64,000 nt of DNA from Octopus vulgaris. Taxonomy: Eukaryota. Positions 37,128-48,614 of this stretch are shown piece by piece. Position numbers and translations under genes: made by a program. The notes beneath the pieces were generated by a model, which was not told where the DNA came from, made no database searches, and saw nothing but the letters and a program-made list of their open reading frames with translations. Position 1 is the stretch's first letter. The number at the start of each line of letters is the position of its first letter. The stretch covers positions 40,052,001-40,116,000 of the forward strand of contig OX597828.1 of NCBI GenBank assembly GCA_951406725.2. The letters run 5' to 3'.

Positions 37128-39337
37128 ATTTTAACAAAAAACCTTGTATGGACCCCCCCCACCCGAAGGGCCAAATGGACCCCAGCTAAGAACCATTGTT
37201 CTGGACAAAATGACAGGGGTGACTAGGTTGAAACCAGAGCAATTAATTCTTAACAAGAGCAAGAAAAAAAAGACTAAAAAATGGTTACTACAGATTCTCA
37301 ATGAGGCTGCAAACGGGGGAATAAGGAACTGAAAAGCAGGCACATCAAGTGAGTTTTCTTGTTGGTTTGAAAAGGAAGGGCAGAACTGTTTTTTAAGACC
37401 ACCTAGATTGTAGGATAAAAATAAGAATGAAAGTGAAGAATGACATAAAAAGAAGATAACTGGATGAGAGGAGGAGATGCTTAACATAACATCAACAACA
37501 GGTGAATGAATTGTAGCTGACACCAACAATTTACTATCATTCAAAACAATGGAAATATAGTTATTTGTATCACATTGAGCCTTTTTGGTTAACTTCCACT
37601 ACATATGTTAATAACGGTGTGCAGAGTAAGGCAACGAGTAAGCCCTTACACAACTGTTTGATGTGCTTGCAAACAAATCTTCCTCAAATAAACCCTATTG
37701 TCTTATAAAAAGAACGCTTTGGATAATGTGGTCCTTAACCCTTTAGCATTCAAATTAATGTCAAAAGTAATCCTTATTCATTTACATTTTAAAAAATTAA
37801 TCTGGTATTATCTTGTAGCTTCAAGATTTGAAAGATGTAATTGTTTATTTTTAGAATGACATTGCAGGGTAAGTGTGAGATACTGGTTCTGGCCAGTTTG
37901 AGCATAAAATGAGCAGAATATTTGGGCCGGATATAGCTGGTTTAAACACTAAAATCTGTCTGACAAGAAGAAAAAGACTAAAAAATAAAAAGGATTGTTG
38001 AGGCCAGAATACCTTTAATCTTAGTTCTGTTGCATCAGTGCTAAACAACAACATCTCTCTGTTTCCCATTCCCATGAAAGAGAGAGAGAGAGAGAGAGAA
38101 AGTGTGTGTGTGTGTGTGTGTGTGTGCAAATCTTTATAGTACTTAATGTTCACAAGTATGGAAATGTTTTTATATTGTGAGAAGATGAGAATACCAATGC
38201 ACTAAGCAAAACTATTCTTTAGAGAGAAAAAAAAAAAAAATTAAAGGTTTTTTTTTTTCTTTTTCTTACTCCAAGGAAAGTATCTGCACTTTCCATTGAA
38301 TAAAAACTTATCCAAATTTGCAAAATTCACTGATGAATTTTGCCAATACAGACCACCACTAATTTCCTTGGATTTCCCTTGGTTTTCATTTTATACAAAT
38401 AATATATATAATTCCAGAAAAAAAAAATGAATGAAAAACAATTAAAAAAAACATAGGACTGTTTTCCATAAAATTAGCAGAACAAAAAAATAAAAAAAAA
38501 AGGAGTGAAAAGAGAACACACAGATTCTTGTTTGTTAATGCAAAGAACTTAGACTACCACAGGGTTGATAAAATGGAGAAGCGAGGAGGGAAAAGAAGAG
38601 GAATAGCACAGAGAAGCAACTTTTTTCTTAGGATAAGAAAGAAGTGTTCCAGTCATCCAGTAAATCTTTCTTGTACATGCTGACATCTGTTTTACCATGC
38701 TTTACATGTTAGGTTGGCTAAATGATATTGATACCGTGTGTGAGTGTATGTAACATATTGCATGCTAAAAATTACGCACTTGAGCCACATGTACGCACAC
38801 TACCTTCCACATATGCATACATATGCGCTGCTCCCACTTCACACACACACACCCTAAACACAATAATGTTCAGAGCAAGTGTTTTACAGATGGGTGCACT
38901 TTCTGGCAGCAGCCATTTTACTGTCAAGACAGATCCGGTTTGTTTATGGAACCAGAGATTTTAAACTGAACAATTTCGTTGTTGCTCTTGTCATTGTTGC
39001 CATTCAAAGATAACAACACCATATTTATTACGAAGGTTAATGTAATAAATATTCCGTTTCCTTAAAGCTTTGTGTTAAACGAAGGGTTGTTGGTTACTTT
39101 ACATATTATGGCAACAAGGGCTTTGGGAATTTAAACTGCAGTTCATGTAGGATGGAGACTGGCAAGTTAGCTGTGGCGACAGAGTGCCAACCTATCAATT
39201 CAAAGTTCTAAGGTTGATATCCTGTTCTTAGTTTTGTGTTTTATCTACTGAAAAGACATTTAACTTTTGATGGCTCAGTTTATCTCAGTGTTAATAGGTA
39301 CCATGGAGAGATATACAGTTCAATAGAGCTGAGTACA

Positions 39338-39734
39338 TCTTTATATATAAAAGTGAAGTTGTGTGTCTGTCTCCTATGATTTAGATTCCTAACTACTCCC
39401 ACATTTTGCGGTGCAGTTTAACCAAAAGCAGGTATCTTATAGTTGTGATTCATATCGAGCCCTTCTGGGTATTAGCGCACGTCTACGATGAGTCTACGAT
39501 TTAAAAAAAAATTTACCATAATTTTTACCCATTTTTAATGCATTTTTTTTTGCTATTATATAAGGGAAGTAACTCTCTAAAAATGTATTATTAAATCTCA
39601 GAACGTAAAAAGCTACAGTAACACCCACCTTTGTGGTTAGCCATATTGAGATGGCTATTATACTTTACATCTCTAAAAATGCTTATATAGTTATTTCCCT
39701 TACAAACCCGAGCAACGCCGGGCGATACTGTTAG
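39338..39734 (+). mobile_element. Non-autonomous Helitron
   Basis: 5' TC after host A, subterminal hairpin CCCGAGC-AAC-GCCGGG (39707-39722), 3' TTAG (CTAG variant) before host T, no TSD. Confidence 0.8.
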
Positions 39735-40331
39735 TACAATATTAAGAGCTTTTTGGTTTTGTTAGCCTTCTGGTGCTGGGTTCAAGCTCTCTCAGGGAAT
39801 TTAGAAACAGTAATAAGAAATAATTCCAGTATATCTTTTATCGTCATGTGATATTAAAGATTATCTTTGATTTGAAACAGGATTAATTTTATATCCTTCT
39901 TTTCATACTATGTTTATTAAGAAAAAAATAACTTGTTTACAACTGAATGAAGTATAAGAAGGGGGGAACCCTTTTTTTTTTTGTTTGTTTGCTTGCTTTC
40001 CTTTGTTTTACTTTTTTTTCTCAAAATCAACTTGCTTGATATTTAGTCAGATTATTATTTCTTCATGACTTCCTCGACATTTATGAATCTTGATTCCATT
40101 CCTAAACAACCATTTCAAAGACTTGACTTGTAACAGTTACTCAAGTGTAGTGCAGTGGTAAAAAAAAAAAAAAAGATGCAATTTATACACAGAAAGAAAC
40201 ATAAAATAAATAAAGAAAAAATAACTGTTCTTTGAGAAAAAAAAATTCTTTTTCCTCATTCTTCATCCATAAGAAAAGTTTTATGGTTAAGTGGTTAAAA
40301 GGTGATAGAGTCACTCTTTCTTTCCTTTCAG

Positions 40332-40391
40332 CTGTGCAAACGCACATTTTGCAACCAGTGCACAAAAGATATGGATATGCCTACAGATTAA
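40332..40391 (+). CDS. Candidate terminal coding exon with a CxxxxCxxC zinc-finger half
   Basis: CTCTTTCTTTCCTTTCAG| then LCKRTFCNQCTKDMDMPTD-stop, with AATAAA shortly after. Confidence 0.25.
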   Translation: MCKRTFCNQCTKDMDMPTD

Positions 40392-40554
40392 TGTAGTAAA
40401 TAAATAATTATGTTTTATTATACATTCACTGTACACATATTTTTGTCAGAAGAAAAAAACATTGTACACATTGACAACAGTTAAACTACAGTGCTTAAGG
40501 TGCACCAAGCTATGTAAAATTGCTGTCTTCCATACTTTCAGGATTGTCCTTTCA

Positions 40555-41330
40555 GGTGCTGGTGCCACATAGAAAGCACCTGTGCTGGTGTTACATTAAT
40601 GCACCTGTGCTGGTGCTGCATAAGTACACCCATGCCAGTGGCAGGTAAAAAAACACCCAGCACACTGTGTTAAGTGGTTGGCATTAGGAAAGGCACTCAG
40701 CCATAGAAACCATGCCACAACAAACAGCTGGAGTCTGGACACCTCCCTAGTAGCCAGCTCCATGTCAAACTGTTCAATGCATGCCAGCATGGAAAGCACA
40801 CATTAAACAATAATGATGTGATGAAGCATGACCTTCAAACATTGGGCCTCACCGAGGCAATGACTAGTGATCAAGACCTTTGGAAATATGCTCTGCTTGA
40901 GAAGACCCGGCAAGCCAAGTGTGACCATAACCTCGTGGCCTATGCCAGGGATGTAACCAGCCCACTTATGCTTACCTTTCCTTCATTGGACACTAAACTC
41001 TGCTTGTGAAGACCTGTTGAGGCAAGTGAAATCAAAATTGAAATCAAATTCGATGACTGGCATCTGTGCAAGTGGAGCGCTAAGAACACTATCCAAGCGT
41101 GATCATTGCCAGAGCAGCTAACTGGCTTCTGTGCCGGTGGCACATAAATAGCACTATTCGAGTGCAATCGTTACCAGCGATGCCATACTGGCACTTGTGC
41201 TGGTGATATGTGAAAAAACATTCGAGCGAGGTTATTGCCAGTGCCACTGGACTGGCTCCCTTTTGGGCATGGCTATTGCCAGTGTCGCCTGACTGGCCCT
41301 CGTGCCAGTGACATGTAACAGCACCCACAA
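40555..41330 (+). mobile_element. Family C copy followed by RTE LINE end with 3' UTR tandem modules
   Basis: MKHDLQTLGLTEAMTSDQDLWKYALLEKTRQ matches the LINE ends at 2515 and 7200. Confidence 0.8.
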
Positions 41331-41453
41331 GGCTTTGATCAGCCCATGACTGTAGTAGAGGACATTTGCTCAAGGTATCACACAGAGGTTAACACATGTG
41401 GTTGGAATGGAAACTTGTTACCAACCATATGTGCACATATAATTATGTATGTA

Positions 41454-41637
41454 TGAAGGGGTGCTGAAAAATTGCTGGGTTTGCATAAAAGAAAATACAG
41501 GAGGATCAGTTAATTATGATTTTACTCAACATATTCCCCTCTCAGATTCACACACTTGATTGCAGCAGTCCTTCAATTTTTCTAAGCCCTGTAAAAGAAC
41601 TCAGGTACACTTAGAGGAACTTTTCAGCACCCCCTTG
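41454..41637. mobile_element. Mariner-type MITE inserted in a (TATG)n tract
   Basis: TIRs AAGGGGTGCTGAAAA / TTTTCAGCACCCCCTT. Confidence 0.75.
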
Positions 41638-41814
41638 AATGTATGTATATATGTACGTATGTATGTGTGTGTATGTATGTATGTATGTGTGTGTATGTAT
41701 CTATGCGTGTATGTATGTATGTATGTATGTATGTATGTACGTGTGTATGTATGTGTGTGTATGTATGTATGTATGTATGTATAAAGAGAGAGAGATAGAT
41801 AGATAGATATGACA

Positions 41815-42113
41815 AGGGTTTCTGCCGATCTGATCAATGGAACTGCTTGCTTGCGAAATTTATGTGCAAGTGGCTGAGCACTCTACAGACACGTGTGCCC
41901 TTAACACAGTTCCCAGAAAGATTCGATATGACACAGAATGTGAAAAGGCTGGCTCTTTGAAAAATAGGTACTACTCATTTTTGCCAGCTGAGTGGACTGG
42001 AGCAATGTGAAATAAAGTGTCTTACTCAAGGATACAACGCGTTGCCAGGAATTGAACTCATGACCTTACAATCATGAGCCAAATACCCTGGCTGCTAAGC
42101 TCCACACCTTCAC
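41815..42113 (-). mobile_element. Chimeric SINE: family D-like head with family E tail
   Basis: 41815-41970 matches 18695-18850; 41980-42113 matches the family D head and centre. Confidence 0.7.
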
Positions 42114-42441
42114 TACACACACACACACAAATATCATCATCATCACCATCACCATCATCATCACCATCACACACACACACAAAAATATACAGAACATATT
42201 ACAAAGTTGTCACTCAACACATGAACACAAAACAACAAGTGGAGAATGTTGAATAAAACCCAAGTTTGATCTGACTTATAAAAAGAAGAACTTGAGTAAC
42301 TTGACTAAAGGCCCAATGCAACAGCATTTGACATAATACGAGCTTCCAACTTGCAGCAATTAGCAAACTGGACCCACCCAAAGTACTACTTTAATTACAC
42401 AAAACTAATTATAAGCAATGTATATGGGGAGAGTCTCTAGA

Positions 42442-43155
42442 CAGTATTGGATTAACCATTAAGCAAACTAAGTACATGCTTAGGGTATGAAGGGAGGTGA
42501 GGGAACAGAAAAGAAATATTTTACAACACAAAAGAAATCATTTTAAACTTGCTATAATAATATTTGGGATGCTTTTTGTCTACTAAGTATAGAAGTGTTA
42601 CATAAAATTGATTTTTAAGATCTGATCAAAAACTTTGCAACTAAAAGAAGGAGGAGAAAACTTTCTAAATATAAATAAAATGGAAGTATATATAAATAAG
42701 GAGGCGCAATTGCCCAGTGGTTAGGGCAGCAGACTTGCAGTCGGAGGATCGCGGTTTCGATTCTCAGACCGGGCATTGTGTGTGTTTATTGAGCGAAAAT
42801 ACCTAAAGCCCCACAAGGCTCCGGCAGGAGGTGGTGGTGACCCTTGTTGTACTCTTTCACCACAACTTTTTCTCACTCTCTTTTCCTGTTTCTTGAGTAA
42901 TGCTGCGATGGACTGGCATCCAGTCCAGCTGGGGGGAACATATATGTCACAGAAACCAGGAAACTGGGCCCATGAGCCTGGATAGGCTTGAAAGGGCGAC
43001 GTTTATCATTTTTATACATAAATAAACCTCTATTTTCCATTTTGCTGTTAGTTTTGTTTCATTTTGTAAAATAAAAAAATGTTATAGTTTATTATTAAGG
43101 GAGCACCAAAATCTTGTAAGTGCTTAGGGCCTCTATGGGTTTTAATTCATCCCTG
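42442..43155. mobile_element. hAT-type MITE interrupted by a family E-headed SINE (42700-43012)
   Basis: CAG..GGATTAA / TTAATTCATCCCTG ends; 8-bp TSD TCTCTAGA / TATCTAGA. Confidence 0.65.
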
Positions 43156-43564
43156 TATCTAGAGCATCTTTTCCAGATGAAGACTTATTACACACATCTC
43201 CACATTACTGAAGTATTGCAACCCTGGAAACTTTGCCATTATGTGGGGTTCCATAACAAATGTATTTCCAATTGACTAACATGGCTAAAACATAAACTTA
43301 AGTATCACTCAACAGCGGATACAGCCTGGAAGCTTGTAACACACTTTTGCAAATTGCTTTAAGTGCTTTAAACAGTCATAGATACATTCCTGGCCCTTAA
43401 ACTCTTCACCTAGCAGAATACTGAAAATGCGACAGCTGCAGGGAGAGAAGTTCTGCCCTAGCAGATGGTTGGTCTTCATTTGCAGCTGAGCAGACACATG
43501 CCACATGTAAATGTGTTTTGCTCAAAGAAACCATGTACTGCCTGGTTCAAAAATCGAACCCATG

Positions 43565-43780
43565 GCTTCATTCTTTGCGAGCTTACGCATGTCCTCAGCA
43601 GTCACAGCCCATGTTTCACTGCCATGTAGCATAGCTGTTCATACACATGCGTCATACAGTCTACCTTTTACTCTGAGCGAGAGGCCCTTTGTCACCAGCA
43701 GAGGTAAGAGCTCTCTGAACTTTGCCCAAGCTATTCTTATTCTAGCAGCTACACTTTCAGCGCACCCTCCTCCGCTACTC
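43565..43780 (-). mobile_element. RTE LINE fragment (same family as 6723-7240)
   Basis: Plus-strand ORF here repeats the antisense translation seen in ORF 6737..7186 (SSAVTAHVSLPCSIA..ASYSLPF). Confidence 0.85.
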
Positions 43781-44119
43781 CTCAGTCAATCATCCAACCC
43801 ATGCTAGCATGGAAAGCTGACATTAAATGATGATGATGATGATATATATATATATATATATATATATGGCGTTAGGAAGGGCATCCAGCCGTAGAAACAC
43901 TGCCAGATCAGACTGGGCCTGGTGCAGCCTTCTGGCTTCCCAGACTCCAGTTGCACCGTCCAACCCATGCCAGCATGGAAAGTGGATGCTAAGCGATGAT
44001 GATGATGATATACATATACTTTTAATACTTTGCATGAACCACATGTTCTCATTGTTAATGTTTTCTCTCGTGATTTTTTCTTTGTTTTTTTTTTAGATTA
44101 TTTATATATATATATATGT

Positions 44120-44383
44120 GTATGTGGGGGGGGTAATTATGTGTCTGATTCTGACCCCCCACCATCATTTAACAACCAATGTTGTGTTTATGTTCTTGTA
44201 ACTTAGCAGTTTGGCAAAAGAGACCAACATAATAAGTACTAGGCGTACAAAGAATAAGTCCTGGTGTTGATTTGTTTGACTAAAGGCGGTGCTCCAGCAT
44301 GGCTGTAGTCAAATGACTGAAACAAGTAAAAGAATAAAATATATATATATCATCATCATCATCATATATATATATATTTTTAT

Positions 44384-44430
<47 letters not shown>

Positions 44431-44762
44431 GGAGTGACTGTGTGGTAAGTAGCTTGCTTATCAACCACATGATTCCAGGTTCAGTTTCATGGCGTGGGAC
44501 CTTGGGAAAGTGTCTTCTACTTCAGCCCTTGGGCCAACAAAAGCCTTGTGTGTGGATTTGGCAAACAGAACCTGAAAGAACCTCATCATACATATATGTG
44601 TGTATGTGTCTGTGTTTGTCCCCCCCCCCAACATCGCTTGACAACTGATGCAGGTGTACTTGGCTTACAAAGAATAGGTCCTGGGGTCGATTTGCTCGAC
44701 TAAAGGTGGTGGTCTAACACAGCCACAGTCAAATGACTGAAACAAGTAAATGAATAAAAGAA
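44120..44762 (+). mobile_element. Two SINE family A copies (3' half, then near-full)
   Basis: Matches consensus. Confidence 0.8.
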
Positions 44763-46645
44763 TACACACACACACACATACAAAGATATATATACACACA
44801 CACACACATATACACAGTAAGACTTAATCTGGAATCATGTGGTTGCGAAGTAAGTTTCTGACTACACAGCCATGCCAGTTAACTTCAACCAAAATCGTAT
44901 CGGATTAATTAACAATTGAAGAAAGCTGAGTCTGCAACTGGTTTGAAATCCCATGTTGGAATTTTGTTACTTTACTGATGTTGCAAATAGCTTCTGCAAT
45001 GCAACTGAACATCAGACCATCCTACCTTCTACTGCATTCTGATTATGAAGCCAATATGAATAAATTGCCCATATATAGCTATATCTGATATTGAAAAAGT
45101 ATGTTAACTGATCAATAATTATCTCAATTATTTGAGATTGATAGCAATAGCAGTTGTTTAGCCCCAGATTAGCCCTGATCAAACTCACCTTTGATCATAG
45201 GCATTCCATCAAAGCATATCACATCTGTTTTTTAAACATACTGGGCTCGAAGCTACATTGCACATGGAGCTCTATTTTGAAGTGATAAGGTGCAGTTCGA
45301 TGGATATTTCAGTGCTATTTCAAACTAGCTGAGAAACCACATGAAGGGTTGTATATTGGTACGACTCAAGGTTTGTGAATTATAATTTTTGATACAAATA
45401 AATATTCCCTCAGCAAAACCCTTTGAACATCACAACATGTATCGTTTATTGGACCCAAAGTTCCAAATGGCATCAATGGCCAGTTACTTAATCATCATCA
45501 TCATCATTTAGTGTCCATTTGTTCGATTTTACTTGGCTTGATGGATCTTCCTTCTCAAGCACAGCATATTGCCAAAGGTCTCGGTCATTTGTCATTGCCT
45601 CTGGTTTTATATTTTGGCACAAGGCCAGCAATTGTTTGGGGGGAAGGGGATAAGTTGATTCCACTGACCCTGAGAGGATGAAAGGCAAAGTCGCCCTTGG
45701 CAGAATTTAAATTTAGAATGTAAAGATAGACGAAACGCCACTAAGCATTTTCCTTGGCATGTTAACAATTCTGCCAGCTAGCCACCTTCAGGTTTCCTAA
45801 TATTAAACACAGGAGAGACATATCTCTTCCTCGACATGCTGATCAAGTTCAGGTAACATTTTCAGATGTCCTCAAACCTGTTTCTAGTGGCTAGCACTGA
45901 GGCAAAGTTGAATAAAGAGTCCTGCTAAAAATAAAAAAAAACTTCAGTAAAGTTTTCAGTGTATTTGATCTCCCAACCTATGAGCAGATAATCCATTACC
46001 TTGTCCACTCATCCATTCTTCATGCACTGATAATTCTTTCCAAATGATTCAGTACTTTAGTTTTCTACACTAACAGAATTAAATTTTATGAAATGTTGGA
46101 TAAGATATTATATAAACTATTTGCTACATTATACACCTGCTTGCTGATTTGCTTGTAGGTTTTAAAGGGTTTTAACTGTATGCATATATATATATATATA
46201 TATACACACACATGCATACATACATGTGCATGTGTGTGTATGGGGGTGTTTATACAGTATTAAAACCCTTTAAGCTCTAATCACAAGATATCTTGCGGAA
46301 ACTAAAAGTGTAAAATAAGTCTCAGGGCTTAAATGTGGTTAAAGAAAAAAAAAATTGCAGCAATAAAATTTCTATTAATTCTTTGAACCACAAATAACTA
46401 AATATATGATGAAAAAAAAAAACCCACACATGACCCAAATTATTTCCAATAATGAACTGTTCCCTATATTTAAATTTTGAGAAGGCTATAAAAAACAGTT
46501 GTAAACTTCTCGTACTACAGGAGTGAAAGACGATCTAAAGCTTGAAGGAATCAGTCTAAAACAGTAGATATTTTCATCTGTGGTGAACTGGCAGTTCACT
46601 GCTTTGCTTTGACTGTAAAAATTTAGAAAAATCTACTTCCCTCTT

Positions 46646-46849
46646 GCTCTTTTACTCTTTTACTTGTTTCAGTCATTTGACTGCGGCCATGCTGGAGCAC
46701 CGCCTTTAGTCGAACAAATCGACCCCGGGACTTATTCTTTGTAAACCCAGTACTTATTCTATCGGTCCCTTGTGCCGAACCGCTAAGTGACGGGGACGTA
46801 AACACCAGCATCGGTTATCAAGCAATGCTAGGGGGACAAACACAGACAC

Positions 46850-46900
<51 letters not shown>

Positions 46901-47720
46901 TACGACAGGCTTCTTTCAGTTTCCGTCTACCAAATCCACTCACAAGGCATTGGTCGGCCCGGGGCTATAGCAGAAGACACTTGCCCAAGATGCCTCGCAG
47001 TGAGACTGAACCCGGAACCATGTGGTTGGTAAGCAAGCTACTTACCACACAGCCACGCCTGCGCCTTACATGACATTATTTCTAATAAAACACACTGCTT
47101 ATGTTACCTTTTACCTTTTACTTAGTCATTAGACTGCGGCCATGCTGGGGCACCATCTTGAAGACTTTTTAGTCAAATGCATCAGTACAAATATTTAAAT
47201 TTTTTTCTTAAGCCTAGTACTTATTCTATCAGTCTTTTTTACCGAACCGCTAAGTTATGGGGATGTAAACACACCAGCAGAGGTTGTCAAGCAGCATGGT
47301 TGAGAGAGCGGGGTGAACAAATTCAAAGAAACACACACATTCTTTTATTCGGTTCAGTCATTTGACTGTGGCCATGCTGGAGCACCACCCTTTGTTGGAG
47401 AAATTGACCGCAGGACTTATTCTTTGTAAGCCTAGTACTTATTCTATTGGACACTTTTGCTAAAGAGCTAAGTTATGGGGACATAAACACACCAACATTG
47501 GTTGTCAAGCAATGGTGGGGGGGGACAAATACAGACACAAACATATACACATATATATGAAGGGCTTCTTTCAGTTTCCATCTACCAAATCCATTCATAA
47601 GGCTTTGGTCAACCTGAAGCTATAGAAGACACTTGCCCAAGGTACCACACAGTGGGAGTGAACTCGGAACCACGTGGTTGGGAAGCAAGCTTTTTACCAC
47701 ACAGCCATGCCTGTGCCTAT
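46646..47720 (-). mobile_element. Cluster of three SINE family A copies
   Basis: 46646-47066 (near consensus), about 47105-47300, and 47340-47720. Confidence 0.85.
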
Positions 47721-47726
47721 ATATAC

Positions 47727-47762
<36 letters not shown>

Positions 47763-47859
47763 AATAAAAAAAAAAAACAAAGAACAAATACAAGAAAAAA
47801 AAACAGGAGGACATGGTACATGCAAAGTATTAGCAGACTCAGGGAAGGAAAGAAAGGTG

Positions 47860-47897
47860 ATTTTACATTTCGAGCAAAGCTCTTCTTCAGCAACAGG
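47860..47897 (-). ncRNA. Minimal hammerhead ribozyme motif (best preserved copy)
   Basis: Minus strand CUGAAGA-A-GAGC-UUU-GCUC-GAAA-UGUA; in a segment abutting (TA)n at 47720-47760. Confidence 0.65.
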
Positions 47898-48392
47898 AGA
47901 TAGAATAAAGTCCAAGAGAAAAGGAAGGCAGAGGATAAAAAAATCGCCAACAATTCACATGTGGTTACATTTTCAAATATTTGGCCAATGCCAGTAACCC
48001 CTGACTGGCACGGGTGCCAGTAGCATGTAAAAAGCACTATCCGAACGTAATCAATGTCAAGCCTGCCTGACTAGCTTCTGTGCCAGTGGCATGTAAAAAG
48101 CATCCACTACACTCTCGGAGTGGTTGGCATTAGGAAGGGCATCCAGCTGTCGAAACATTGCTAGATCAGATTGCAGCCGGTGGCTCTCCAGACCTCTGTC
48201 AAACCATACAACCCATGCCAGCATGGTAAACGGACATTAAATAATAATGATGATATATATATATATATATATATACGACAGACTTCTTTCAGTTTCCACC
48301 TATTAAATCTACTCACAAGGCAGTGGTTGGCCCAAGGCCATAGTAGAAGACATTTGTCCAAGTTGCCACACAGTGGGACTGAATCCTGAACC

Positions 48393-48614
48393 TATTTCTT
48401 TATTACCCACAAGGGGCTAAACATAGAAGGGACAAACAAGGACAGACATAGGTATTAAGTCGATTACATCGACCCCAGTGCATAATTGGTACTTAATTTA
48501 TCGACCCCGAAAGGATGAAAGGTAAAGTCGACCTCGGCGGAATTTGAACTCACAACGTAACGGCAAACGAAATACTGCTAAGCATTTCGCCCGACGTGCT
48601 AACGTTTTCTACCA
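48393..48614 (-). mobile_element. SINE family B nested in a family A head
   Basis: Perfect 15-bp TSD ACTGAATCCTGAACC at 48378-48392 and 48615-48629. Confidence 0.9.

Noticed and set aside
42700-42775. tRNA-like sequence with A and B boxes (also other SINE heads)
   Set aside because: No complete acceptor stem; continues into the SINE body
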